A stretch of DNA of 63,147 nucleotides, filler included, from Choristocarpus tenellus KU-1152 (Eukaryota; Protista; Phaeophyceae): NCBI GenBank assembly GCA_964200185.2. It is 11 parts of 11 records of this genome, joined end to end, with 100 filler letters (N's around TTAATTAATTAA, not from the genome) between each part and the next. Parts side by side here need not be neighbours in the genome. Positions count along the whole stretch, not along the records: positions 1 to 4,636 come from CAXNAD020013696.1; positions 4,737 to 9,955 come from CAXNAD020011464.1; positions 10,056 to 15,644 come from CAXNAD020010325.1; 8 more parts are not named here. One strand, 5' to 3'. Of the stretch, positions 1-13,300 are shown one piece after another. Made by a program: the position numbers and the translations under genes. The notes beneath the pieces were generated by a model. The model was not told the DNA's origin. It was given only the letters and a program-made list of their open reading frames with translations, and did not search any database. Each line of letters opens with the position of its first letter. Position 1 is the first letter of the stretch.

Positions 1-126
1 ACTGCGCCTATCTCGTTAAGATAAAAAACCATGGAGAGGTAACAACCATAATTGCAATGCAGAGACGCAAAGTGAGGATGGGGAAGGGGGGGGGTGACTT
101 CGAGGAGAGGCTGAGGGTTTTCATAC

Positions 127-2608
127 CTTTGCCAGAGCCACTGATGCATCCCTTCCAGCAAACAGGTTGTAGCTCTTGCCAGGGCCATACATTGGTCCTC
201 CTCCATACGACATGTCATACACCTTTAGTTTAGGGCACACAATCCAGGGTCAACTGATGTACATAAAAAACTTCAATGGTTTCCCTCAAACAGCATTGGG
301 GCACATCTGTGTGTTGCATGTCTCAAATCATCACTCCCCCCCCCAAAAAAAAATAAAAACTGGCCGAATGAACACTGTCTCTACTGATGTATCACCTTGC
401 CCTTGATGCCAACACAGATAGGTGGGGCCCCGTGTCCTTCTGGCACATCTCCAGTCCCATTTAATACTCTAAGCTCCTCCAATGTGAAGACCTTCTTCGG
501 ATCTGGTAGGGGCGCAACTACCTTGATTGGTGGTTGACACCAAGTTGGGCAAGGTCAAGTAGCAGAAATTTGGAGGCCGGGGCGTTAGTACATTTCCCAA
601 TTCAGAGTTATTCCAAGACAAAGGTAAGGAAGAGGCAGGACCCTACAGACCAAGTCACGAAGAGCAACTGATACACCAAAAAAAAACGCCGATCGTTGAC
701 ACATGTGGGCCAATATGGATCCAATAGCTCTGTTGTCTCCCGTTTTTCTAAGAGCTTGGGACAATCAAGAACCAGAAGGTTGAGGAGACAGCAAACAATC
801 GAGCACCAAAAGGGGATAGAAAAAATAAATAAAACCCAATCAATAGGAACAGATGCATCTTAAGAAGAATACCATACCCTTCTGCCTCAATACATCTTCA
901 CAAGCACAAGGAGAATGTTTAGGACGTTTGGAACTGTTGCTTGTACAGAAGGTGGATGGTGCTTGCTTTGTCGGCTAGGGATCTATAGAGTGAGAATTAC
1001 TATGTTCTTGGAGGAGTGTTCTGTGAAATATGGTGTGTCTTGCATCAAAACCAAAGATCAGCGAAAAGCTTGAGGGTATGGAAGGACGATTTTGCAGAGC
1101 TAGTGGGTAAAGGCAGGCAAATAGGAAGGCAGGAAGGCACACACCATTCTGGGCATCGGTAAACCACCCTTATAAACTTCGCTATTCATTCCTCTCCCCC
1201 TTAAACACCCTGAGGGAGGGCAAAACCCCCTTTGCATGCAAGAGGCATTGCAGAGCTTATAACGAAGGCACTCAACTGTCTCAGGTGTTGAGAGTGTTGT
1301 GATGGTGAGTGTAATGAATTCAACCCCCCTCTTACATAATGTTTGGTTGACGAACCACCTAGTTTGAAAGCATTTGCCCAAAGCCCTCACAACTCCTATA
1401 TTGTCCCAACAGTCAAAACGCATTTACTATGTCCATCTAACCCAAACAAGAAATACCTCCCCCTCTCTCTTCCCCCCCCAGCATCAAAACCAAGTAGCTC
1501 CTGTCCCAGTTCCCCTTCACAAACAATTGCTCACCCGTCCCACAACAGGGTAGTCATTGAAGTGCTTGTACTTATCCACCCACTCGTCCAGCGAATCTTT
1601 CTCCATTGGATTTAGATCGGCCCAACTGTCATCATCAGCAAGGTGAGGAAAATGAATGCGGAAAATGAAACGGATCGAGAATTTCGCGTTCATCTGCGCT
1701 ATGCCCCCCCCCCCCCCCCCAAAAAAAGGAAAGGGGGGTTTTTTCATCACAAACTTGGGGGGGGGATATCTTTGGAGGGGAACAGCAAGTGCTAACTAAT
1801 CTTACCAAGATATAGTACAAAAAATCTGGGAATTTGTAAAGAATGAGTTGAGATATCATCTAAAGCACACCTGGAGTCTAGTGTGTCAGGAGATAGTGAC
1901 CCTGTTGCCAAGTTGACGGAGGCATCATGGCCAGCAAAAACGTTGTAGGAACCCCCCTTCTTGTAGAAATTAGCCTTGGAGCTCACATCGAATACTTCCC
2001 CTCGAATGGCAACATAAGCCTGCGTTTCGTCATCCCTGCCATCAAAGTCCTGTTCCAGGAAGACACACAGTCCATGTACCATCAGCAATCAGCAGAAAAT
2101 AGTGCAACTGGTATGTGGGCCCATTACTTGTGAGGGAGGGAAATGGATGCATGAGAGGAGAAAGGGACGTGTTTTTTGCGTTGTGATATCGTGTAGATGG
2201 AGTGTTGGATCGATGACTGACGCATGTCCAATGCGAAGCAATGCGAACATGGAAGGTCGGATTCATACACCATGCCCCGAATCAGATCAAGTTGGTTGGA
2301 TTGAAACATGCAGCTTTGATTTCACGACAACAACCCGCTACACCCTCCCCTTCAACTCGAATACATCCTGTACTGTGCCCAATTGAGGCATCCAGCTTGA
2401 AATGTAACCCCCAAACACCCACATGCAGCTGCTCAATCGTAAAATTGCGAGGCACAACAGGCTCTGGCTTTGCTTCTTCTTCCTCCTTCCCACCTCCTGA
2501 CTGGAGCATTAAAACGATGACAACTGCGCCGAGAGTCGTCATGAAACAGAGGAAGATGCCTCCTAAGGTGTCCTGGAGGGCACGATTTGCAGCGATAGGA
2601 CTTTCCAT
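127..2608 (-). CDS. Membrane-associated progesterone receptor-like protein with two cytochrome b5-like heme/steroid-binding domains (3' end runs off window)
   Basis: Phase-consistent GT-AG exons 2608-2423, 2049-1871, 1625-1535, 521-396, 222-127. N-terminal TM segment; domain 1 RNFTIEQL..FDG..YVAIRGEVFDVS...FY..GGSY..FAGHDAS..LA...W..KY...YPVVG; domain 2 KVFTLEEL..LNG...ICVGIKGKVYDMS.GG.MYGPGKSYNLFAGRDASVALAK. Confidence 0.92.
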
Positions 2609-3793
2609 GAACATAGGATACAAAACAATCCAACAAACTGCTAGTGATGGCCTAACCGAATTTGTGGCAGCATCCAGTAGGACAAACCGGGCATTAATGC
2701 AAGAGGGGCATGCCCATTGCTGACACAAAGGTCACCCTTTTTTTATTCGTTTCAACATCTTTCACTCCCCTCCACGATCGTAACAACGAGAATCTCCGCA
2801 AGATTGCAATGAGGAGTGGAACTCAAAACAATAGAGGTACCGGCAGCATATCCATGACACCCATGACGAAAGTATAGGACGGAAGTTCTTTAGCGTCCTC
2901 CTTATCCCAGATTTGTCGAGCAACTCGAAACAAACTGGTACACTTGTGCTTGTGTGACAAAAGAGTAAGTTCAAACCATGATGTCCCTCACAAACATTTT
3001 GGGGGGATTATGGTATCCGATCAAATTGTTACTTGTTAATAGAAATAGTAGTTAGATATTAGAACATTTTTGTGAGTAGACGTAACAAAAGGTGTCAAAC
3101 TCTAATTCTTACCCATTACAAAACATCATTTTAGCGAGTGTGGAAGATTGTTACAGTCGCAAAAAATCGCAGCACCATGTTCTTGAGTTTATTAGCAATG
3201 GTGATAGTATGTACTTTCCATCATAAAAAAGTTACATAAATTATATAGGAAGAACCCATATTGTAGACAATACATGCCAATACATCATATTTCACAGGAT
3301 GTGTGATAGTCTTTGTACATCAAGTTGTTATATTAGATGGTATGGAACGGCTCCGTTTTGACTCGAAGTTGGAGGTTGACCTAAAAAGGATTTGGCTGGC
3401 ATTAAGACACATCCAACAAGACCTCTTGTTGTTCTTCACGATCAACCTGATGATAATCACTGCCCCTCCCCCTTTCGTGTGGGAATATATTATATTATGA
3501 GTAGAACTGCCCTCATCGCTACTGTGAAACAGGTGGAAACTGGCAGACAGGTTCTTCAGACTGAAAGGGAGCCAGAAGGCCCACAGAAGAAACAGGAGGA
3601 GCGAGACAAGGCAGGAGGATGAGCAACCCTCGAAAGGTCACTCAAGGATGGAGGGAACATGGAAAGTGAATAAAGGGGGGTTGTAAGTTCTACTCAACAA
3701 CCCTATCTTGACGTCATATGGGAAACAGACTGTGGGGTATACCTTCTATAAGAAGAGCCTTTCAAAGGTATACCTTGGTAGGAAGGTGACTAT

Positions 3794-4127
3794 TGTGCAA
3801 TTAACCTTGGAATGTATTGCTATTTGATCAGTAGTGAAGACAAGGGACGGTGTGGAGTCTCGCACGACTCCCCAAGCTGCCAAAATATGTTTGAATGGTT
3901 GAAAAGAAGAGTGATCTTGAGGGGTGTCTTCTTATTGCCTTCATATTATTGTTTGTACCTCAGACGTAAGTCAATAGTTATGTCAGAGAATTTGAATTAC
4001 AATACCAAACCCCATACATAATCCAGATGTACTATCTCATTAGCTACATCACATGGACTCAATCCAATGCCATAATCTCACATACACAAGAAACAGGGTA
4101 CACCTTACGATTGTTCTATTTTTGCGC
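3794..4127 (-). mobile_element. Degenerate copy of the Ty1/copia LTR
   Basis: Colinear similarity to 27419-27752 (TGTGCAATT(A/T)ACCTTGGAATGT...ATCAGTAGTGAAGACAAG...GGGTACACCT). Confidence 0.8.
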
Positions 4128-4549
4128 TTTCCCCCATGAAAGTACAGGCAATGAAGGGTTGTTGGAACTCTCAAACCTAAAGTATATATATATATATCCA
4201 CAATTATAACGAAATTCATCTACCACTAGTACAACCTTGTCAGCACTGCCTGTCTGAATGGTCCCGATTGCTTTCGGTTGCATATTACCTAAATTTGTAT
4301 CTTGTTCTGCATAGTCCCCCATGAGAGTGGAAGTAAAAGAACACAGATTGCTTCAAATATCACACAATACATTTTTCAGCAGTGTCTACGAAGTCTTCTA
4401 CCTGGTTCTTCAGGTGTACCAACACAGTGATGTACGATTGTGTCCCATAACGATCCATTGCTTGGCGTATGGGCGAAAATCTGAACAAGCTCCTCTCTGC
4501 CGTTTCTCTTGGTGGACGTAGCACTCACTCCCCCAGGCCCGAAGCTATC

Positions 4550-4636
4550 GAGTGAAAGTATCTTAGAGGGTACGAGTTTTGCCCTGTTTGTCCATTTGGG
4601 GCTTGGCTTCTGAGGGGATTTTTTAATGACGTTTTC
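4550..4636. mobile_element. MITE family A, truncated by contig end
   Basis: Starts GAGTGAAAGTATCTTAGAGGGTACGAGTTTTGCCC, the same as 5438. Confidence 0.9.
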
Positions 4637-4736
4637 NNNNNNNNNNNNNNNNNNNNNNNNNNNNNNNNNNNNNNNNNNNNTTAATTAATTAANNNNNNNN
4701 NNNNNNNNNNNNNNNNNNNNNNNNNNNNNNNNNNNN
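4637..4736. other. Artificial contig linker
   Basis: N44-TTAATTAATTAA-N44, with stops in all frames; the same linker occurs 10 times. Confidence 0.98.
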
Positions 4737-4750
4737 GGGCTAGGATGTTT

Positions 4751-4928
4751 AGCCTACGGATGTGGAGGGGGGGGGTGGGATGTGAGGTCTGCACCAGGGT
4801 GTCCATTTGGCCCATAACTAGAAAAAGTGTACTTATATCCCACGTATGCAATCAAATCACCCAAAAATCGTGACAAAAAAAATTGGCCCCAAATGGACAA
4901 CCGCCACCCTCCCCAGATACGTTGAGCC
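4751..4928. mobile_element. MITE family B (degenerate)
   Basis: Ends CCCCAGATACGTTGAGCC; internal CCAGGGTGTCCATTTG and CCAAATGGACAA match 35515-35698. Confidence 0.8.
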
Positions 4929-5437
4929 TTAACATCCTTGAAATGCAACCATTGATACCTATCGTTTACTTTTGACTATATTTTGAGAAGGATTCTTGCT
5001 GAGAAAAAAATTAATTTCTTTTCCACCTGTTGCCTGCCGCACACGTATGCATTCATACAAATATAGAAGCACAGCTCTGTGTACGAAATCAGGGGCACTG
5101 TGACAGTAGCATGCTGAAAAAAATAGGTCACTGTTCATGATTCTTCCTGTAGTTCCTTTCATTGATGGGATAATAGATGTGATGGTATGTGGAGAAGCGT
5201 GGATGGTAAATGTGCACGAAATCTATGCTTTGACAGATTTGAAAAAGGTCATTTCTACAAAATATTGTTTTGTGCAAGATCCCATCTTCTCTTGGGGGTC
5301 TCGTTCAAAGCTTGAACAATTTGTTCCTGGGCTGAAGCCTTGACCATGTGTAGTGCAGATCCTAACGCCAAGAAATAGGAAATTATTGTATAAGATCTAG
5401 GCTTGTACTCCAATTATCGTGGAGGACGGGGCAAGAG

Positions 5438-5698
5438 GAGTGAAAGTATCTTAGAGGGTACGAGTTTTGCCCTGTTTGTTCATTTGGGTCTTTTCTTCAC
5501 ACGTGTTTTTTGTGACTTTTTCCTACTACGAAATATTTTGGAGTAGATAATATCTATATATGTTACGAAAAGATGTGTCCGGAACAAGGATATTGTCACC
5601 TCCTAACAAACATGATAGTCAAAATTTCATCAAAATTGCAACATTGGATTTTGGAATCCAAAACGGACGCAGCTCTACCCTCTAAGGTGCTTTGTCTC
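5438..5698. mobile_element. MITE family A, complete, 4-bp TSD AGAG
   Basis: TIR GAGTGAAAGTATCTTAGAGGGTA / TACCCTCTAAGGTGCTTTGTCTC; AGAG on both flanks. Confidence 0.92.
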
Positions 5699-5874
5699 AG
5701 AGGATGATAGGCAGTTGCAGCTGATTCTTAGCATATCTTCTTGCTGCACTTGCTAAGTATCGGTGACCATAAGGTGTAGATCCTCTTGTCAAGATGTTTA
5801 GGTGCTATCTCACCAAGGCTGTAGTCTTGTGTGTGGGACTATTTCCTTGGTGGTACAGTAATATCTATACATCT

Positions 5875-6054
5875 GTCTCAAAGTATCTGGGGGGAGGGGT
5901 GGCGGCTGTCCTTTTGGAGTCCTTTTCTCCATGTTGCAATTCTTGTGTGATTTGGTTGCATGCATTAGATGGATAATTTTAGTGTACTTCTCCAGATCAG
6001 GGTCCGAGTGGATACCCTGGTATAGACCCCCCCCTCCCCCAGATACTTTGAGCC
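5875..6054. mobile_element. MITE family B, complete, 3-bp TSD TCT
   Basis: TIR GTCTCAAAGTATCTGGGGG / CCCCCAGATACTTTGAGCC. Confidence 0.9.
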
Positions 6055-6397
6055 TCTTGACGAAAATCAGAGGCCAGGGTACTTGTCGTTATACAAACTC
6101 TCTATGCTGTCATCCTAATGCTCAATCTTTGGATATCCACTTCAGTCCCTTGGGACATGCCACGTTCTATCTTCATTCTCTTGCTGTGGGGGGTCTCAGG
6201 CGGGATTTGAGCTTGTTTTTTTTCCAATGTGTTGAGATACCACTGGACCACCAACTGCAAGAGTCATACCCTATTGGTATAGTTAGTATGGTGATATTTC
6301 AACTCATTGACAACGTATTGTCATTTGTCATTTCCCCTCGCAAACGTTCTGGCAACCAGGCACATTTTTCTTTTTTTTCAGATGATTTGGTGTCCTC

Positions 6398-9300
6398 TTA
6401 CCGTTCGAAACCGTCATCGCTGCTTCCGTAATCGGTTCCATCCCGATCACTATCTTCGCCCCCAACTGACAAAGACGTGACTGCCTCACACTCTGCTCTG
6501 TTCCCATTGGAGAAATGCATGTGTGCTGCAGCTCCATTTGCTGTCATGATATCCGACAGACTTGGTATCTCTGGGAATTCCTGACCCCCCAATCGTAGGC
6601 AGAGATGTGGGTCAATGTTGTCGTCACAAGAGTTGAACAGAAAGCTTATCAGTCTTAGGTTTTTCATGTCAAGTGCAAGGTGCTCGTAATGCATTTCATT
6701 TATATGCTACTCTAAAAATGAGAGGAAGACAAGACATACAGAGGCCCCTGTTGATCATGACTGCATGACACCATGAGAAGAGGTTTTGATATGGACCCTG
6801 TAGCAGCATAGGCAAAAAAATATGATCTCTGTCCAGAGTTGATATAAACTAATTTTGTGGCGGAGACCTCACACGTACAAATTACCAAGGCGAATTCATG
6901 CAAATTGTTTCACCTAGTGGAAAACATTGCTTGCGTGGGGCCTGTTGGCCTCAAGATTTTCTCCCTTGTGTGCCCCAGAAGAGACTATTGGCATTTGGGG
7001 AGAGGTAATTCCCCATAATTATTGCTCTAATATGTTTACGTGACTGCATGATACATTGAAACGGCACTACATGCTCTGAAATACATCTATTTACGTGATA
7101 AGTTTTCCCTTCAAAATATATTAGTCGTGTCTAGGCCAATATGGAAGATTATCAATGTACACCAAGTTAGAACTGGACAAGCTAGGGACTATATCAGGAT
7201 TGGTATGGCGATAGTTTCTTCTGACTGACTGTGGCTGCTGAAGTGAGTTGTCTATTATAGCCATGTTTACAGGAGAATTGTATAGGTGGAAAGTGTGCTG
7301 GTAGGTGGAGCTTGAGGTTAGATGGGAGGAAAATATAGACTGGGAAAAATGAGATCCAAGGATTGAAGCCAGTGTGTTAAGGATAGCCGCTGACTCCTGC
7401 CTGCAAACAAGGACAATGTGAGATCAATCTTGGTGCAGGATGGCATTGCAATATGGCCTACTTTGAAGTAGTTGACATCGAGGGTCCTGTTTTAGCATGG
7501 CCTGGAGTTGGATTAATGTTTCATGCTGCTGGCACTTGATTTTTGACAATATAGGTGCAACACAGTTTGGGGTACACAACAGAAATATCATACAACTCTG
7601 TTTGTGACAAATTGGATATTTTGATGCGAGTAATACTATTTTGGACAAATGTTTGAGGTGCAGTAGTGATGGGGGTTAGACGATTTTTTCTGGGGGCAAA
7701 CTTTGAGTAAAAGAGACAACAGGATGGGAATGCTTCAAGGGAAAGATTAGTGAGACAGCTCCAAGGTATTGGATTGTCACCTACTAATACAGTCCCTTTG
7801 TAGCCCCCAGGTTTCTCTCACCTCATCATCATCATCATCACCATCATTGCTTTTTTGCTTGGTCTCATTTCCGTCCCTTTCAAAGCTAGTTTGTACTCCT
7901 TTGCCCCCTTGATCTTCCTTGCTGCTGCCCAAGCTGCTGGTTGATTGCCTTGCTGAATCTCTCTTGTCAACCCTCACAACATCGTGAGCTGCATCCTCCA
8001 TAGGGTTTCCTCTGTTAGGTCTTGTTGAAGAAACCCCATTACCTTTGTCCACCTTTCCCTCACCTCCATAGTCACATTCACCCAGATGACTGTTCTGCCG
8101 ACTGGTGCGACCTAGAGGTAGACTTTCTGCTGTCACAGGAGTTTCCGACCTTGTTGTACTACTGAGATCATTCCCTGTTCCGCCTGTAGGCGCCAGTCCC
8201 CGACGTATTACTTGCATCTCCCTAAACGCCTCTTTGTCATATTCTTCTTTGTCATCAACGTGGTTGTGAGTAGATCGGAAGCTTCCATTAGAGGTTCTCT
8301 TGTTCAGGACTACTTCACCCGCAAGAGTAGAAGGGGGACTCTCAAATAGGGGATCAGTATGGTGCGACAAGGGAGAGGCAGCTGCACTGGAGGGCGAAAG
8401 GCAAGGGGAAGGGAAGGGGGAGAGAAGCGAGCGGGAACCTGAGCTGGACAAGATGGAGGTTCCATCATCTCCATCCATGCCATCTAGTCCATAGCCGCCT
8501 CCAGCATTTGCTATTGCCACTAAGAGCTTCTCCTTCATAATGGCCTTCAGACGGACCTTCAGGGCCATCTTTAGTTTCAATGCCGGAGTGATGGTAGGGA
8601 ATTGGTTGGGACATGATGTTGCTTGTCACTGTCGGTTGACATAAGCCCATAGAACTAGTTCTATGTCTTTCTTTTTTTGTTCGCATTCCCATCAGAATAG
8701 TCTTCACCAGAGATCATTGGCAACAAGGTAAACTATTCAAGCATGAGTTTTCAGGTGTAATCTATCGCACCAAGGGGTGGATGCATACACACACACACAC
8801 ACACACATACACACACAAACACAAGGATACATTCACACACCAAATGCGCAGATCTCAACGTGGGCACACATATATGAACATACGTACTTCAGTCTCTATC
8901 GTCTCCTCTTTCCATTCCTCTCCCCCATGGTTAAGCTCCCATTTCTGGACACATAACCAATTGTATCCCCTTCTATTCATCCTTCCCCTTAATTGTCTCT
9001 CCTGAAACGGTCATCCTGTGAATAGCAAACACCAATTGTAAGGAAAGGAGTATTTGCACCTCATTTTGGGACTCTATTTGCTCAGAAGTCGCCCCGACGC
9101 CGGTTGGTATGCCTTCCGAACGTAGCAATGCTTCCCAGTAGTTAGGAAGCTCCAGGATGTTGTCGCAAGTGTGGGCTGTGGGGATTGCACAGAGTGCTCT
9201 TTGAATTGCTGCAGACCCTTCAGTCCCTTTCCCTGGAGGAGGTACAAAGGGAACCTGGCATGTGTTTGTGTGAGTGTGAGTGTGTGGGAGGGAAAGGGGG

Positions 9301-9567
9301 GGGTATGTGGTGATAAAGGTACTTTTTAGGCTAGAATGTTGCTTCCCCCAGTTGATAGAATAAAAGCGCACAGAATATTAAATGGCAAGTGAACCACAAT
9401 AACAAGAAGACATTTTAACGTTCAAATGGGCCACAGAAGTATACACACGCCTCAATGCTCAGGGTTTCCACTCCAGGAGGTGGCAACCGATCCAGGCCAG
9501 TGATAAAGAGAAGCAGGTCTCGCCGTTGCGATGGTGACAGCTCATGCTGAACAACATTCCAGAATGC
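6398..9567 (-). CDS. HECT-domain E3 ubiquitin ligase, 3' exons (C-lobe plus long disordered tail)
   Basis: Exons 9567-9451 (AFWNVVQHELSPSQRRDLLLFITGLDRLP), 9254-9060 (catalytic IPTAHTCDNILELPNY), 8568-7822 (MKEKLLVAIANAGGGYGLD + S/D/G-rich tail), 6580-6398 (stop); all phase 0. Confidence 0.85.
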
Positions 9568-9955
9568 CTGTGATAGTTGAGACACAGGCAGGGTTGGATA
9601 TGCATATGATACTGCACCAGCACCAGCACATGGGTGAGCAACATAAGTCGTTGCACGTTCACAGGGGGGCTGCCGTCTAATCCAGGAAATTTGAGCTTTC
9701 CGCTGGTTGACAAATTGACCATCAACATAGGAGTGTGATGTGACATTAAATTATGAACTTGAAAAATAGTTTCACATATTCCTTCGATGGCTTCTTTTTC
9801 TGTCACATCGTACAGTTGTCTGAACCATGTTTAGAACACTGATGCGGAAAAGGTTTTGTACCGATGGTTGAGGCAGAGTGATTTGACCCAAAGTACCTGG
9901 GAGGGGGGGGGGGGTCTAGACCATGCTTGCCACTTGGCCAACAGAATAAAAAGAA

Positions 9956-10055
9956 NNNNNNNNNNNNNNNNNNNNNNNNNNNNNNNNNNNNNNNNNNNNT
10001 TAATTAATTAANNNNNNNNNNNNNNNNNNNNNNNNNNNNNNNNNNNNNNNNNNNN
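9956..10055. other. Artificial contig linker
   Basis: N44-TTAATTAATTAA-N44. Confidence 0.98.
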
Positions 10056-10129
10056 AAAAACCCCACGGGAAGCCAAGCCCCAAATGGACAAACAGGGCAA
10101 AACTCATACCCTCTAAGATACTTTCACTC
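10056..10129. mobile_element. MITE family A, partial (contig start)
   Basis: Ends CAAATGGACAAACAGGGCAAAACTCATACCCTCTAAGATACTTTCACTC. Confidence 0.9.
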
Positions 10130-10354
10130 ACCTCCCTTTAACATAATTCGATATGAGAAGGGTGATTTTTTGTGGAAATTGTCTTGTATGGACAATGTTG
10201 GGTACACGGTTCATACCTTTTTTTTTTTCTACCCTTTTTTGTTGTATTTTTTACTGATGCTTACTGCCTGTGGCACTTCTTTCTTTGGGACATATTAGGT
10301 GTTTGGCATGACTGCCTCTCCCACTGTGGAGTGTGTGCCTGTTCTTCACTCCAG

Positions 10355-13300
10355 GGCGTATGTCTGTGAGGATGATATGATTGAGCAGTACCAGGCCAAT
10401 GCGGCGTGGGAGGTGCTGCCCTACAGGGTAAGGTATTTGGATAGGTTGATGGATATTGGCTACTTTTGATGGTTGCTTCAATATTGAGAGATGAGAGATT
10501 TTGTGTAAGAGGTGGCATTTATTTTGCCCAATATGTTGGCATTTACGTCAAGTTTATTATTAGGTAGTTCCAGCAGGGGTAACCGAAGCATTTTACATTC
10601 GTATGCTTGGATCTGCTGAGATGTGCGTTTCACCTTTGAAGGATGGGGTTTATAGGATAGTTTGAGGAAGATGTGTTGATGAACATTGTTGAGGTATTGG
10701 AGGTTTTTTCTGTTAGAGTTGTGCTTGCGATGTTGCATTCTGCGTGTAATGTGTAGCTTATTTTTTCTTTTGAGACTTAGTTAAAAAAAAAATTATGTTG
10801 CCATTTTTTCTTTTCATTTGCTTGCAAAGATGAGCACTGTGAATGCATCTCTAGTGCCGTTGCTACCAGAAGCGCCTACTGTCCATGGAAAGAGTAAGCT
10901 GAACTGGTTTTCAGAACGTCTTGAATGTGGTACATCCGGGTACACGACAATAATGATGATTGACATGGTGCATTTTTTTTAGTTTAAGCCTGAGTGTTGT
11001 TGGGAAGTTTTAAGTTTTTTCTTTGCAGACGTGCTATAGTGAAGACTTGTGTGCTTTTGGGAGTGTCTATGTTGGTAAAATTGCTAAAAAGTGCTATGTT
11101 TGGAGGTAGGGCAATGCATGTTGGCATTTGGTACCACTAGATGTGGCAGTCAGGAGAGGGGAAGGTAACTATTGGGTACATGCCTACAGAGTCTTTTAAT
11201 TGGTGTTCCAGCAAAATCATCTCCGGTATGTGTTGGGATGGATTGAATATTTTAGACAAGTTTTGGTGCTTGTATCTCAGTGTTATGTTCAAAGCAGGGG
11301 AGTGTGTTAAGACTATGCTTTATTTTTTGCGAGGAAGAAGATTATGGAAGAGAAGCAAATGTGATTGCATTCTATTTAGCAGTTACGGAATGTTGATGAG
11401 TTTCGATTAATTAATAATTAAATGATGCATTATATAGGAATGTTCTAATTGTGCAGCACAAGTAAAATTTTTCCTATATTTTGAATTCGCCAGTCAGTCT
11501 TCTGGGGCTGATCGATTGAACTCAATCATATTTACCTCTCTCCGTTAACAGTCTCTGATACGATCCTACTTCACACAAGAGTTCTAGCATATATTCTTAA
11601 ACGTGCATTTTGAGTATTTTATGGTGCTGAGCTCAGCCAAATGTTGGGCGGTGTGAACATGCTCTGAAACCTCCTTGAGCATTGGCATTGCCCAAGAAAC
11701 TGTTTCAGAATGTGAATTGGGTTGTCTCTTCCTGCCTGCCTCTACATGTGAATGTGTAATGTGTTAGGTGAATGCAAATCACACAAAGTAATAGCTTCCA
11801 CTTATATGTACCTCCTCACCTTCTGCCCTCTCTGTGGCAATTGAATATTCAACTATCACCTATTTATGTGCTGATCAGTCCCACCCACCCCCCTCTTACA
11901 CTCCCTTACAATGCCTGCCTCCTCTCTAATCTCTCCTCACTGGTGCTTTCTATCCAAGCTGGTGTAAGTAAACAAGGCATGCACTTTTCTTTTACCCTAG
12001 TGCTGATCAAACTAGGAAAGGTTTGAGATTTTGACAGTTTGGTGGATGGGGGTATAATGGCAAATGAAGTTATTGAGGATACCTGACGGTTTTGACACAA
12101 TTCTTAAAAAGTGCAATGTAGTGGTTAATTCTTTTGCATACCCCATCCCTATCATAATTCTCTGCCTAACAATATTTTTGGTTTTGGTATGAAAATAATC
12201 TGCCCACATTTCACCAGCCCCTGTATATATTTTATCCTTCCCACGTGTCGCTTGTTATGTGTTTCTTATTTTGTCTCCTGTGATACACTTCTGGGGGCAT
12301 GGTTTTGTTCGGGGTGTACTTACTCTATGCAGTCGTTTAATCCCAGTCCCAAGGTGGAGCGGGAGCTGGAGATGCTGATCAAGACTATGTACCACAAGTC
12401 ATTCATTGACTTGGTAGATAAGGTGAACCATCCTTTGCAGTTGATAGTGTGAGCGGCTTTATTTGCCTGGGGTCTTCCCTGTGAAAATTGCGCTTTTTGT
12501 TGGTTGTCAAGGGATTTTGGGTTGCAGGACCACCTCTCAGGTTGACTTGGATTGTCTCCTCTTGGCCCTTGTTGTCGTGTTTGCCGTTACAACTTGCATT
12601 GATGGGACCATCTGAGTCCTCTGTGGTAGAAGTAACAACGCGTAGTGTGTTGTAGTGTGTTGTAGTCTGGTGTGCCTCTAGCTTCGAAAGTCATAGACCT
12701 AACAGAAAAAATGGAGCAAGGCTGGGTGTTGGAGCAGATGATTTGACCCCTTGCATCATAACTGTAATCCTGATTATATTTTGGGATAGGGCAGGTCAAT
12801 TTATTTGATCATTCAATATCTGATCTGTGATAGGGTGTTGGTAGGATGTGCAAGACTTGGATAGTTATTGTTAGAGATCCCCCGCCCCCCTCCCACCCCT
12901 CTGCTTCCTTCTTCTGCAGCAATCACGGTGTCTGTCTCCTGTTTGCCTTTTTTTCCTTCGGCCTGCCTCTCCTCTTTCTCTTGCTTCCATCTTTGTGTCT
13001 GTTTCCTGATTAAGTCTTTTCCTACTCCCCCTCCCCCTGTCCCCCCTTCATCTAGTTCCATGCTTCTTTGGTTTTGCTCTCTCTCTCTACTCCTCCCTGT
13101 CTTGCAGTCCTTGTTTCCCCCCACGGATATTTGTTAACCTTTTTTCATCTTTTCTTGGTCTTTGCCCTTTATGCTGCACCACCTTTTTTTGATGCGCTAA
13201 GAGTAAGCTTGAGGACCTGTTAAATCCAATCATCTTTTCCTATCACCATCTGGGCCTGTGGTGTGCTGTTCGACATGGAGTCATCTGTGGAGAACGTGAG

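Noticed and set aside
3670-3790. Polypurine tract plus TGT as the start of another LTR
   Set aside because: No second copy or recognisable pol sequence to confirm it.
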